From Zancudomyces culisetae HAW-14-8 (Eukaryota > Fungi > Kickxellomycota), in contig JBNJNM010000007.1 of NCBI GenBank assembly GCA_052426225.1, positions 868,001-932,000 of the forward strand: DNA of 64,000 nucleotides, in the 5' to 3' direction. Every line of letters starts with the position of its first letter. Positions within the stretch are counted from its first letter, which is position 1. Below the pieces are notes generated by a model. It searched no databases, was not told where the DNA came from, and saw only the letters and a program-made list of their open reading frames with translations. Below are positions 36,323 through 49,821 of this stretch, piece by piece. A program made the position numbers and the translations under genes.

Positions 36323-36636
36323 TGTCTTTTTGCGTTTTTTATTTTGGTTTATTGTTGCTACGAATATTGGTGCTGCTGATCCTCTGCGTTTGATGGTTGA
36401 TAACATCTTGCGGTATGTTTACACATTTTTTCTAGCTGTGAATTTTATTGATTATAGCACTTATAGGTACATGAGAATTATAGGTTCAAACAGCTATTTA
36501 AACAGAAAAAACACTTTATGAAAAATGTGATAAAGCAATTCAAGTACTTGAACCGAGCCTCAATGATACTAAAAGTAAAGCTCAAGGCCCTGTTTCCACA
36601 CCATATTTTTTTTTTTACGTAGGAAAAATAAAAGTT

Positions 36637-39010
36637 TCAATTTGGTGGATAGTTGGTTTCTAGATAAGATCTAAGTTTGTCATAACTATCCAGCTTGCTG
36701 TTATAGTATTGTGTTTTTTCCGGGTTTGGTGTACTTAATAACACCAAGCCAAAATTAGACATAACATCATCTTTATGTTGTTGGTATTCACCCTGACTAC
36801 AGACGGAGACTATCCCGCCCAAGGCTACCGTGTATGAAGATACCTTTGATAAAACATCAATATCAGCGTATGAATGTTCAATATTAGGTAATCGAGAGGT
36901 GTAGACGTTTTGCCCAAACACATCGGAAATTGTTTGGCATATTAGCATGTTTGAAGACGCGCCACCAGTGACGACAATCTTGTCTATATGATTAGTTTCG
37001 ACTCCCTTTTTCTTACAGTCTAATAACATACACACAAACTGACTCTCCAACATCAATTTCGCATCAAGAGGGCCAAAGTCTTGAACATCAGCCTCCATAA
37101 TATACTGATCTTCCTCCAGCTTCAAAATATTATTCATATTATTGCTATCGCTGTTTTCAAGATGATCTTGGCTGCAGATATTGATTTTTCGAAACCTGAA
37201 AATGCCTTGTGCCTTTGGTATAATTTCAGGCATTAAATAATAAAAGCCAAATATATCCTCGGTGGTAGTGTACGAGCTGGCGGCCGCTTCAAAAGCAACC
37301 CACTTGTCAGATTGTGTAATATGATCAATACTATTCAGTATACGATCGCAGATATGGTCCCTGGTTAGCGATCCATTTTTATAGCATAACAGAGCTGCCC
37401 ATCTATTGGGATCTACGGGGTGACAAAGAACATGGCCAGTATACCCTAAACGAGCTGACGAATCTGATAAATCACAGCTCTTTTCAGTCGAATATGGATA
37501 CGAATCAAGCGAAAACATTAAAGTGTCGCTTGTTCCTAAACTTATAACTACTGTCTGTTTATCATTTACTTGCGCTTTAGTGCTTAGGCCTTCAAACCAT
37601 AGTAAGCTTGCCGGGTTGTCTCCAGTAAAAGCGCAGATTTTACAATCTAAAATTATTATTAAAAAATAACTTTATCACCAACCCCTTTAGTTATTTCTTT
37701 CGCCCATCAGCAAAATAGAATAAAAAGTCAATTGGTTATTATAGTAAATACCTTTGTTAAAACCGTATTTTTTCACAAAATATTCGTTTATTCTTCCCAG
37801 TTCTGTCCCCGAAAGAACAGGATCAGGACCCAACCTTAGTCTCAAATATTCATCGCATATTTCTGATGACCAGGTTTTTGACTGCACATCCAATAAATTC
37901 ATACCTGATCCATCACTGACCTCAATTGGGGCGTAATATCCCAAAAAGACACTAGATAAAAACGACGATATCAATGAAATCCTCTCAGTATCCCTCCAAA
38001 CCATGGATTTCCTTTTTTTTATCTATTTAATATATAGTACGAAGAAATTGAACTAAAAAAACTAAATTGTTATTGAAAAAGGAATGAATAACTTGGCGCA
38101 ATTGGATAAAAATGTCTTTCACTTACTTTTGCTATCTGGTTACCAGTAAATCTTTCATATGCGACTGATCCGGTAATTCTTGCTAGATTTTCGACACCAA
38201 TTTTATCTTCGAGTTCTTTACATTCAGACGCAGTGCTCGAATCTTCCCATGTAGGCGATTCCAACTGCGAGAAGACATTGCTATGTAATAACATATCAGC
38301 TAGTGGTGTTCCTGTATTCCCAAAATTTTCCTGACAGCTTTTTATACTGAAATTTTTCCAATAGACACTTCCATGTTGCTATACATGTATTTATTCCAAC
38401 TTTTAAAAATCTAAACTGGAGAAAGGTATATCAGAAACTAGTGGTAAAGGTCTTAGAAGTTATATCCAAATTTCTGTTTGCTGAGAAAAAAAACGTAGAA
38501 ACAGGTAATATAAAAAATGATACAATTATATTGACACTTACTTGTGCACCCCCACAAATTGCTACGATATCTTTTGTCGCACTTCCCAGCATCAGCGATA
38601 GCTTGTTCAGCAGCATTTCAATAGCCTCAATCCACATTAATACGGGCGAGCTCACTTCATAGTTTTGCTTTACATGTCTTCCGTGTACTGTCCTAGTGGT
38701 ATTTAATTTGGAGTATTACCCTTGTTGCTGATTTTGCTTAACATTTCTTAAATTTGTAAGAGTATAATAATAACAATAATGAAAACAAAAACAAAAACAA
38801 ATTAGTATCACTTTTCGTGATTCCACAAGTAAACACCAGATTAGGTAAAAACATTTGGCGTTGCCTAAAGATACTTGATTCTTACTTGTATTGTGGTAAA
38901 TCCTCGTCAAAGTTGATTGAATCAACAAACACCACTTCTCCGTTCAAGTTCAGCGCAACACTTTTTAGTTGCTGAGTGCTCAGGTCCAACCCAAGGATTA
39001 TTCCTGTCAT
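36637..39010 (-). CDS. XKS1: Xylulose kinase (FGGY family), multi-exon
   Basis: MTGIILGLDLSTQQLK; AICGGAQ|QHGSVYW; PTWEDSST; TGSVAYERFTGNQI; RISLISSF; SDGSGMNL; FTGDNPA; VTGGASSN. Confidence 0.93.
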
Positions 39011-39459
39011 TCTTTAGTATTTGCGATGCGTAAAAATAAAAGCAAGTTCTCTAGTTTTATATCGTTTTTTAAAATATGCAAAATAAAACCGAGCTTGATT
39101 GATGAAACTTCTAGATCTTTTGCAAATCCATATCTGGAGTGCGGAAAATAAAGGGTTGCAATTCGCAAGATTAAAAGTTTTACAATACTAGACAGGCAGT
39201 ATTTTGCCAGAATCGCAGTTTTCTGCTTGCACAGGGAAAAGATACCATTTCAACAAATCAAAATTAATGGGTTCTATTTTTCCCGAAATTTTGCTTCCCT
39301 GTCAAATTTACACGATCAGCCCAATTTTTTCCCTCAATTTATTCAAGGTGATATACATATTACACACTTTAACAAAAGAAACCAGGCTTTGCAACAAAGG
39401 AACTTTTCAAAGCAGTTTCCAAGGCAAGTTTTATGAGAAAATTATTGAAACAGCTATAA

Positions 39460-39957
39460 ATGAATCAAGAAATTAAACAGTCTTACGAGGGGTATGATCT
39501 AGACTCAAGTTTCGAAATCAGGATTCATCCAGCAAAGGGCCGCGGAGTACATGCAAAAAGGAAATTTCTTAAAGGGGAGGTAGTCAGTATTTCCCCAATT
39601 CTATTTTTTCCAAATGATGAATACGAAACACATGGAAAATATACACAATTGGACGATTACACATATAAATGGCCTGGAGGGTTTGCATTGGCTTTAGGTC
39701 TAGGTAGTCTCTTTAATCATGAGCCCTTTGGGAGACAAAATCTGGGTTTTACAAGATACATTGAAAAAAGTCTAATAAAATACACAACATTACGCGATAT
39801 AAATATTGGTGAAGAAATGACAATAAGCTATGGTGATAATGTTTGGTTTGACGAATATAGCAATGAAGGCGATGGAAACAAAATCGAAAAGTCAAAAATT
39901 TATGCTGAAAATCACAAAAATGAGGAGGACTCGTTCTTTTCTAATTTTCAGTTCTAG
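39460..39957 (+). CDS. Single SET-domain lysine methyltransferase (Set7-like)
   Basis: KGRGVHA, ALALGLGSLFNH and RDINIGEEMTISYG motifs. Confidence 0.9.
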   Translation: MNQEIKQSYEGYDLDSSFEIRIHPAKGRGVHAKRKFLKGEVVSISPILFFPNDEYETHGKYTQLDDYTYKWPGGFALALGLGSLFNHEPFGRQNLGFTRYIEKSLIKYTTLRDINIGEEMTISYGDNVWFDEYSNEGDGNKIEKSKIYAENHKNEEDSFFSNFQF

Positions 39958-40430
39958 CCAAAAGGTAAAAATAAATATTGTCCTACAATAGACGGTATGA
40001 ATCAATTTTATCCAATGCCTAAAATGGATCATATTCATGCCATTTCGGAATACTAGCCCACCATAGCTCTGCCCAGCCTGTAGTGGTTTGTATTCTATTC
40101 AATTCCAAATACATGTGGTGATTAAATAAAAATTCCAGTGAATCAACCGCGTCGCTTTTCTTTAAATTAGGTACTCAACACAAAGGCTAGAAACACAAAC
40201 AATAAACATGTTAGGTAGTGGTGTCAAGTACACCGATATGGAGACATCTACAGCACACACCAGATGGGTATCAAAAAAAGCATGTATACACAGCGTAGAA
40301 CGATTAATTGCTTTTTTTTTTTTTTGAAAACACAGAATGTTTTTGTTGTTTTGTGATGGCTAGTTTGTTTTTTACTTCTTGTAGCATGACAATTGATTGA
40401 AACAACTGTGGCGCAGTATGTGTCATGATT

Positions 40431-41047
40431 TCACTCCTCAACTACAACAAACCCTGTTACATAGTCTCCGTCGTGCGAAACTGAACAGTTTATTCGCATT
40501 TTTTGAACATCTGGGCTCTCATCAATAAGCTTGATGTATGGCTTCCCTAGTTTAATGGTTTGAAATTCTGATTATTTTCTAAAATTTGAAAAATCAAGAT
40601 TGTGTGAATTACCTTGCTCATAAATAACTTTGCATTCATGCCATTTCAAAATCTTCTGGGGATAGATCGCCTTATATACTGCCTCCTTTAGACACCACCT
40701 ATCATTTTCTGTCTTAGTTATGATTTTTCCCCCTTCTTTTTATTTCTTTTAAATTTGTTTTTTTCTTTGTCAACATAGATATACTACAATATTTTTACAC
40801 TGTACAAAGATATTCTTTTTTAACAATAAAATAAAAAAGAGGTAAGAGTGTACCTGTTTGCCAAATATTGAACCAGCCTGGGTTCTAAATCCGCCGATTT
40901 ATCGGACTCTAGATTTTTGTATTCGTTGTACTCATATTTGCTTAAAATCCTTTGTGCAAATCTTTGCCTATATCCAAATCCTCGTTTCACTATCAAGCTA
41001 AATCGTGATATTCTAGCTATATCAACGCCGACACCGAGAATAACCAT
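40431..41047 (-). CDS. PPT2: AcpS-type 4'-phosphopantetheinyl transferase (holo-ACP synthase), 3 exons
   Basis: MVILGVGVDIARISRF...YLANR|WCLKEAVYKA...EQG|KPYI...CSVSHDGDYVTGFV. Confidence 0.9.
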
Positions 41048-41341
41048 TTTAGTTTTGGTGTAACGTGTCAAGCTTTTATTTCTACAATTCTAACAACAAC
41101 TTTGAGCATGAACAAAATACAAAAGCCAAAACTGCTTAAATCTAATTTCAATATATTTTTCGTGGGTTTGGAAAAAATAATCACATTCCCTTTTGGTTGA
41201 TTTCCATTTTTCGATTTGGTGAAGCTTAATTTCCGTCCACAATATCAAACTGAAAAAAACTGTTATGTTTTCTATAAAATAAACTCCATATTTGAGATAA
41301 ACAGAGAAGGTTAGATACACGGTGACAGCCTTGCTATAACA

Positions 41342-42925
41342 ATGTCAAAGATTGCTCAGGTTCTCAAAACACCCTTACGTAGAGTAGTAAAATTAAATGG
41401 GAGGTTAGCAGAGGCTAGAGTGTGGCCAACAATTGGCAAACCAAATCTCGTATTAATCATGGTTCCAGGCAAGTAAGCTAGCTAAAACTATTTTCTCTAA
41501 CTATTTTAACAAGAAAACGCGCGCAAAAAAAATATAGGAAATCCTGGGTTGATAGATTTTTACGAGGATTTTCTATCGTGTATATACCAGCAATTGCCAA
41601 ATAAGGTCGAAATTGTAGGTGGTAAGTCAATCCCTCTTAAATATTATAAAGCCTTATACAAACAAAAAACTTTGAAAAAATTTGCAAGTCTATGGTATAG
41701 CTCAGTATAAATATCATAATATATAACACTTGTTGCTTTGCATTTATATAAAAGTATCTCACCAAGGACACTCAGCTTTTGAAGGGGAAAGAGGGGAGAC
41801 AGTGGTTTTAAACGAGGTAGCATCTTTAAAAGAACAGATAGACCAAGTCGAAACACTATTGTTGAATATTGTGAGCGGATATGGCGACGAACAACCTCCA
41901 AAGATAGTTTTATGTGGACACAGTGTTGGTGCATATATTTGTCAAGAGGTATATTATTCATATATTTTATTAAATCCGACATTTTCATACACTCAAAATA
42001 CAGATGCTTTATCAGTATTTTTATTATGATACGTCTTACAATAATGGTTTGAATCAAACTGGATGATAGGTTTTCAAAAGACAAGTAGAAAAAGTATCTA
42101 AAGTAATTCAGCTTTTCCCTACGATCATGCACATTCGCAGAACGCCAAATGGCGATAAATTAAGGGTAATTGCAGTCACTTTGGTTATTTTTGATAACGA
42201 ATATTGAGACAAAAATACCTACAATATAGATATTATTAATAATAGTTCAAATATAAATATATCAACATCAACATCAACACCATTAAAAATATCAATATAA
42301 AACATACATATATTGTAATAATTATTAAAAAAATACTAAAAACAAAATTAAAAAACCTCGGAATAGCATGTTTTCCATCCCTTATCAATAAGCATACTCT
42401 CATTCATCGTATGTATATTAAGATTCATTCTTCCTGAAAGAGGATGGAGGTACCTTATCGGAATCAGAGAGAAGCTCATTGATGAAGGCGTGACAAACCT
42501 CATAGTTTCAAAAATGGCAAGACCACAAACGGTCAAGAACTGTGCCTCTATGGCAATCGAGGAAATGAATGTAATCAAAGATCTTGATACTGAAACTTAT
42601 ACCAAACACAAAGATAAATTTATCATGTATTTCGGAACCAGTGATAGCTGGGTTCCGCTTGAACATTATGAAACTATTCGGAAGTACACAGAAAGTTCTC
42701 AAACCCACCTGTGTGAAATAAACATGACACATAGCTTTTGTATAGGTAACTATCATTTGTATTGCTACATTTTTCTATTTACAATCCCAACTTCTAGCTT
42801 TAAAATGGATTTAATGCAGAAAAATTAAATATTACATTTCCATTGCCAATAATTCCAACAAAAAAATAGGATATTCCGAGGAGATGGCTGAAATAGCTGT
42901 CAAATGGCTGAAGCAACTTTTATAG
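41342..42925 (+). CDS. Lipid droplet-associated hydrolase (LDAH family), multi-exon
   Basis: IMVPG|NPGLIDFYEDF; SHQGH; nucleophile motif GHSVG; LFPTI; FGTSDSWVP; HSFCI. Confidence 0.88.
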
Positions 42926-43830
42926 TAGCATTTTCACCTCATGCTGCGGAAGCTCAGAGAATAGACTGTATTTGGGGTTGTTCAGCAGTTTTCGATTATA
43001 CCCACATCTATTGCATTCGTTACTTTTATATTTCGATGTCTTTGTGCCTATAAATAAATTCCCATATGTTAGTATATATGGTTATTATTCCTATATTCAA
43101 CCACTGTACTGATCCAGAGATGTAGTTCTTTGTACATTCAGCGTGATTGAATAGTAAAACCACTTACTTCTTAGCCGAAGTTTCCACGTAACTCCTGGAA
43201 TTAATGGAGCCTTACATCGTAAACATATTTTTCTTTTTATACTTGGATCCCTATAAGTACATTGAACGTTATATTATCTGGAATACCTTCCAATACAATT
43301 CTCTGCAAATACGCAGGTATTGGTAAGTGAAATACATAAAAAGTATCAATTTACAGTCTGAGAACCAGTTTTCTAGAAATGGACAGCATTTCTCTGTTGT
43401 AGAATCTAGAAAGCGGGATGAGATCCCCCTCGTGTCCTATTTTAAGCTCCTCACCGTCCCTTCGCTATTTAAAGATAATTTCAAATTTATACCATATACA
43501 TACTTTTGAAACATTCTTCTCATTAGTAAACTGAATATAAGAAACGATGAACGGGTTGGTATAATATAGATTGGTTAAAGGCCTTACCAGTTTTGCTACA
43601 AAGCCTTTGTTTTTCTTTCCCCTTTCCACTCTACTTCCTCTCTTGTTACGTTTCGTACCGAGATGCTTTTTACTCGAATTCTCTTGTGCTTTGTGTCTAC
43701 TCTCTTCATGAGCCGGCTTCATTATTTGTCCCATGAGCAATGATGCTTGGTACAGAAAATTCATTCTTTCAAATGCCTCCTTGTTCGGCAGTGAATTCAC
43801 TCCTTTATTTCCCTTGTCTTTTTTCCCCAT
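42920..43830 (-). CDS. RPR2: RNase P protein subunit Rpr2/Rpp21, multi-exon
   Basis: ERMNFLYQAS; DPSIKRKICLRCKAPLIPG; second CxxC (ECNRCG). Confidence 0.85.
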
Positions 43831-44214
43831 TCTATATTTACATGTATATTCTGTAAAAGTCAAGAATATATTATGTATATAAAATCTCTAAAACGCTTCA
43901 AAACTAGAATTGATCGTTTTTTAGAGTGATGTAGAATTGAGAACACCAACTTGTCAGCTTTATTTCAACCAGCTTGACAAATCCTCGTACTTCACTTTAT
44001 TTCTCGCCTAATTTTCCACAACGCTAATTTCTATTCCGAATTTCTCGCATGTTTTCAAACTCTACAGTCCTCGCTCAATCCAACTATTTAATAAATAAAA
44101 TCAATCATAAAATACCTTTTATTTGGTAAAATTATTGTAGTGCACAAAAAAATTTTTTTAACCTTGAATATACAACTACAAGTCCTACAAAAAGCAAACA
44201 CAATAGTACACATA

Positions 44215-45439
44215 ATGGAGCTAAACACAAACAATAGAGAGTTTTTGTACAAGGCATTGGAACAGGGTGTCAGGTTAGATGGGCGCGGAATCTACGACTA
44301 TAGAACCTTAAATATAGAATGCGGCCCCACATATGGATGTGTGCAAGTTCAATTGGGAAACACCAGGTAAACAATAGGCCTTTTATTTATATTATACATG
44401 TGTATATCTTGGCTGGAAGGATGCTCATTGAAATTCATTTTGGTTGTACTTTTTCATTTATTAATTTTTGTGGCTAACAACAAAATGCGTGTAACAATAA
44501 ATAATGATAAAACAAATGCTGAAATAAATAGAGTTCAATCAGTCGTATCGTGCGAAGCCGTCAGACCGTACCCAGACAGACCCACAGAGGGCATCCTAAC
44601 AATCAATTCTGAAATAAACTCGATGGCTTCATTAGAATTCGAGACAAACAGGTCAGTCTACTAACACCGATGTTATGTTTTTTTATGACCCAATGACTAA
44701 ATGTTTGTCAGATGCCAAACCCTTTGGAAACTGCAACAGTTTGTTTAACAGGTTGAAAAATGAATTATATATGTAGGCCTTCAGAGCAGGAAGTCATGAT
44801 AAGTAGGATGTTAGAAAAAATCATTAGGGTTAGTAGAGCAGTAGATACAGAGTCACTTTGCATCGATGCTGGGGAACAGGTAATACACTTCAATTCGTTT
44901 TCATCAGCTTTATTTTTTTCTTTTTTTTCTTTTTATCAATTTTGAAATTAATGATATACCTGGATTACAAACATAAACACTAATGACAATGCTAACACGA
45001 ATAGGTTTGGAACGTTCGAGTGGACGTGCATTTTTTAAGCTATGACGGGAATCTAGTGGATGCTGCTGTAATAGCTGTAATGACAAGTTTGAGACACTTT
45101 AGAAGGCCTGATGTGACAAAAGAAGGAACAGAGGTGACTATCCATGATATCAAGGAGCGAGTTCCTGTACCATTAAGCATACACCACACACCTATTAGCA
45201 TCACATTTGGGCATTTTGCAGACGAAAAAATGGTTGTTGACTCAACCCTTTTAGAAGAAAAGTTCCAGCAGGGTAGTCTGACAATTGCTATCAATACGAA
45301 CAAGGAGATTTGTTGTGTTAGCAAGGCTGGAGGTGAGAGTATTACTGATGAATGCATAATCATGTGTTCAATGATTGCTGTAGAAAAATCAACTGAAATT
45401 TGCGAAAAGATTGATGCTGCGCTAAAATCCTCACCTTAA
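44215..45439 (+). CDS. RRP45: Exosome core subunit Rrp45 (EXOSC9), multi-exon
   Basis: GVRLDGR...VQLGNTR|V...PYPDRPTEG; SRAVDTESLCI; DGNLVDAA...HFRRPDV...PLSIHHTPI. Confidence 0.93.
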
Positions 45440-45780
45440 CGAGTTCGTTTTTTTTATTAGTTTTCTCCATCTTGTGTTTGTTTAACCCCATTCACCTTCA
45501 GAATACTGTAAATTATTTGTTTATTTGGTTTTATCATTTACTGTTTTTTTTCTTCTAAAAGCAAAAGTCAAAAGAATAAACACAGGTTAGAATAAGAAAG
45601 AACAACATGTATATAAAGATATGGATGGGGCTGTGGTAACGATAAAATGCTGAGTGTCTTGCTATTTCCTTCAAAGAAATATGTTTTCACATGATTATAT
45701 CAGGATATTTATTGTTATTTAGCGTTGGCAAATTAGTAGAGATACATTGTAAAAAAAAAGTAGAAAGTTCAGCCGAAAGA

Positions 45781-46221
45781 TTAATGGCTCAAAAACTTTC
45801 TTCCCTTGAGACGTCTTCTTTTGAGGATTTTTCGACCTCCAGCTGATCTTAATCTGGCCAAGAATCCGTGTTTTCTTTTTCTTTTAATCTGGCTAGGCTG
45901 ATATTCGTTACCGTAGGTTCTGAATCTTTTTTGGATTCCCTGCAGATTAAAGGAGATGTTTGATTCTATCGGGTTTACTCTCGAAGTGATCCTACAGTTG
46001 TTACAAATTTATCATATCATTTTGTGAACAAGAAAGCGAATCTTTTTGGATCTTTCCGCCAAAATCCATTGAACCAAATTACATTTTTCTCAACTAGAAA
46101 AAAAAACAAACATAACATACCTGTTCAATGTAAACATACTGGTTTTTTCCATCGACAACAAATTCTGGGGCTTTGCTGTTTTGAAGACAGAACCCAAGGT
46201 TCTGGACATTAAGGATAGCAT
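45781..46221 (-). CDS. MRPL34: Mitochondrial ribosomal protein bL34m, 2 exons (absent from the ORF track)
   Basis: Presequence-like [14 protein letters not shown]..., CAG|GTATG intron, then [46 protein letters not shown]. Confidence 0.92.
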
Positions 46222-46869
46222 TTTTGCTGAATCTAAATTTTATTTTATTTATAAAGTTGATAAAGCACCGTTATTTACAGGTAAATTGTTCGAGATTAAT
46301 ATCTTGAGTTCACCAGAAAGCTTTGGAGGTTGAAAAAATAAAATTGGTTAGTTAAAGCAATACAAACTTGATCAGCAACTATCATTTTTCCAATTGCGCT
46401 TGATTTGCTGCAAACTATCTGAAAAAAAATTTTCTTGCAAACATTTACTAGATCATATTATCCGATTACGCAGAAGCTCAAGATAAAACGAGTGTTAAAG
46501 CCGTATACAGATTTAGGTAATGCAGTATATTGATATACCACAAAGTAATACTAGCATTTTGCATGCTGTACTATGTATACTAGTCCTACAATTCTCAAAA
46601 AAATGTGAACTAGTTCCTTATACTGTGTTAAGCAATTTATTACCTCTATTTGAGACTTTTATTTCATAATGTAAATGTTCAGGTGTTGAGGCCACAATCG
46701 TTAGCCATATAAATAAATAAACCAAGTCTCATGTATATATGGTATTCAGAGATGAACATACCAAAAACAAATACTTTGTTACAAAAAAAAAGGCTTTACG
46801 GAAAATGCGGTAAATAAAAAAAAGATGCGGAACTTTGTTCTGGTGCAATAGTTAATACCGATGACAGGC

Positions 46870-48150
46870 TCATTTTTTTGCTTTGTTCATAGCCTCTTCT
46901 AAAACACCCTTACTAGCCATTGCCTTTAGAAGATTGAAAGCTAATGGGAAAAAGTTGTGCTTTCTTCGAGCGTTTTCGATGTGATATGTATCAAATTTTT
47001 CGTTTTCATACACCAGCTCTCTTTTGAGTTCATCCAGCTCTTGATGTATTAGCAAGGTTGCTGATGTTGACTGGTCAGCATTATCAATATTTTCTGCTTG
47101 AGCTGTCTCAAGTTGTTTCTCAAGCTGACCTATCTTTTCCTTATACATAACTCGTTTGTCTTTAACCACGGCCATCAAGTTGAATCGTATCTCCTCACCT
47201 TGAAAACTTTCCATTCGTCGTCTAATCTCTTCTACAGCAGCATCAATCCAGCTGGTTTTATCATTTGGTTGGTTGATTTTATCAACAAAAATAGGTCCCG
47301 GTTTTAATCCGTCTAGCTCATAAACCGAATCTTTTATTGGTACATAGGCTACAAAATGAAAAGAATCTGCATCTTTGTCCCCTGAAGGATCATCTTGAAT
47401 CAGCATATGCTGCTTTCCGAAACTGTTGTGTACTTTTTTGATCATTTCGCTGTTTGAAAGTGCCAAGCCCCTCATGTCTGGTGGCAAGTCGGTGGTAAAT
47501 GCTTTGAATTCGCCAAGCTGTTCACCAATATCTACGGCCTTGTTGTTAAGCAAAATGGACAATATTGCCTGTGTTGCACAGGCATTTGGGACTATCTGTT
47601 GCGCAAAAAACACACCTTGTGTTGTATTTAGATCTTCCTTTTGCTTTCTTTGAAGTGTTTCATCCTGCTGCTGATCTTTTTCATCCTTATTTTCTTGTGT
47701 GTTTTCCCATTTAAACAAAAATACCAATCCGTATACATCTCTAAAAACATGTTTAACATAAATTAGCCTACGATTCTTGCTTGGCCTTTTCTCTTGCTAT
47801 CACTGTTTAAACTCTAACAATTGAGAAAATTGTAGTGAAACGAGTTGCAACAACAGAAAAAAAAAAAAACTTACTCGTGTGCCTTAATGTCCGAATCCAT
47901 ACTCCAAATCTCCTCGACCTGGACGTCCTTGACTCCCATATCACATATTAATTCGGTAAATACACCTATTGATAACAAGAATTGAAATACATGCTATCTT
48001 GCGCAGTTGTATACAAATAAATGACCAACAGCTAAACCACAGGCTAAACCATGGCTAAAAAAAACATTTGTTGCTGAATGTACATCATGAAAAGGCTACT
48101 AGATGCGAGTTGTTACCTGGATCGCTTTCTATCAAACACCATTCATCCAT
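46870..48150 (-). CDS. UCH37: Ubiquitin C-terminal hydrolase UCH37/UCHL5, 3 exons
   Basis: MDEWCLIESDP|GVFTELI; FFAQQIVPNACATQA; FHFVAY...YELDGL; IRFNLMA; ENARRKHNF. Confidence 0.93.
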
Positions 48151-48753
48151 ATTTATTCTGTTTTTATCCTGTTTCTACTACACGAATACCCCTAACAAAC
48201 TCTAGTATGTCTTGCTTAAAACACACTCTCGAATAAAACTGAAAAAAAAACTTTTTCAAATTCACTGTCTTTTGTCATTGTGGTCAATTTTTGAGTAATG
48301 AACGTTGAGTATTGGATATCAAACATTAATTATTTGCTGTATTCCATTCCAAAACCAATATTTGAGACTCATGGATTTGTGTCTCCTCCCTTCCACAAAT
48401 ATTACAAAAATGTGGCATTGTTCATATTGATTCTCCGTATACTCCTTTCATTACTTGTCCGTTTCGTTTTTTTGGTGTGATTCAAGTAGCCAGAAAAATT
48501 CGAGGAATAAAATGAACGAAAACAGTTGCCCAGATCCTTAAATAACCAATTCACGCGCTCTAATACATGTTGAAGCAAGTTTGAAGAGCATCGATTTTTC
48601 ATTTTTTAAAGAAACCAGGTGCTTGAACATGAAAATTTTCTCCTGCATACTCGAACTAGAATCTCGTTAAAAAAAAACTAAACAAAAGTGGGTTTTCTTA
48701 AAAACGTTAATCTTACTCAAAATAGAAAGCCGATAAGAAAAAAGACACACGAG

Positions 48754-49821
48754 ATGCAGTTATTGGAAAAAGCCACCAACAGAGTAAAGGGTGTAGTCTA
48801 TTCGCTCTTTGTCAACGCAGGAATTGAAAGACACGCTGGGCCAATTTTGACACTGTTGGAATTTTCCTACACAGTTCTCTCAAAGTTTAACTTTGGTAGG
48901 AATGCAACACAATTTAAACTCAATAAGTACGTTTCAGACTTCAAGGCAAACACAAAGCTATCGGTTCAACAAAACGAAAAACTAGTTGCAGTGGTTACGG
49001 GTGCCAATAGTGGGGTTGGATATGAAACTGCCAAGGCTTTGGGTCTTGCTGGCTACCAGGTCATTATGGCCTGTAGAAATCACAAGCTTGCAGACAAAGC
49101 CATTATATCGTTGAGAGGTGAAACAGGCCTGGACAATTTCAGATTTATGGAGTTGAATTTATCGTCCTTTGATTCGATTAAGAAATTCGTTGACTCCTTC
49201 AAGGCAGAATACAGCAAGCTGAATCTTCTGGTAAACAATGCTGGTGTGATGATGTGTCCATATATGACCACTGAAGACGGATTGGAAATGCAGGTTGGTA
49301 CCAATCATGTGGGTCATTTTATGCTGACAACTGGGTTGCTGGAGGAAATCAAAGCTGCAAAACGCGCACGGATCGTTGTTTTGGCATCTACAGCACAATT
49401 CCGGTCCAATTACGAAAAATCGTTGATACTTGACAGTTCAAAATATAACAAAGTGACCCAATATGGTTTAAGCAAACTTGCAAACGTGATGTTTACCACC
49501 GAGTTGGCCAAAAGACTACAAGGTACTGGAGTGACTGTTAACGCTGTTCATCCTGGAATTGTGAACACCAACTTGGCTAGACACCTTGAGATTACTAAAA
49601 GCTCAGTAGTACAACATATTCTTTCTCTCTTGCTTCTTACTCCTGCTGCTGGTTCCTTAACATCTGTAAAAGTTGCTCTTTCCCCCGACCTTGAGGGAGT
49701 GACGGGTAAATATTTTGAACATGAACATGAAGCAACGTGTAAAGTTGAGGGTAATGATCCTGCACTTTGTGTGGATCTTTGGGGCTATACTGAGGAATTA
49801 ATTGCGAAATTTAGTAAATAG
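48754..49821 (+). CDS. Short-chain dehydrogenase/reductase, retinol dehydrogenase (RDH11-14/WWOX)-like
   Basis: TGANSGVG, NNAG, TNHVGHF, YGLSK and VHPGIV motifs. Confidence 0.92.
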   Translation: MQLLEKATNRVKGVVYSLFVNAGIERHAGPILTLLEFSYTVLSKFNFGRNATQFKLNKYVSDFKANTKLSVQQNEKLVAVVTGANSGVGYETAKALGLAGYQVIMACRNHKLADKAIISLRGETGLDNFRFMELNLSSFDSIKKFVDSFKAEYSKLNLLVNNAGVMMCPYMTTEDGLEMQVGTNHVGHFMLTTGLLEEIKAAKRARIVVLASTAQFRSNYEKSLILDSSKYNKVTQYGLSKLANVMFTTELAKRLQGTGVTVNAVHPGIVNTNLARHLEITKSSVVQHILSLLLLTPAAGSLTSVKVALSPDLEGVTGKYFEHEHEATCKVEGNDPALCVDLWGYTEELIAKFSK

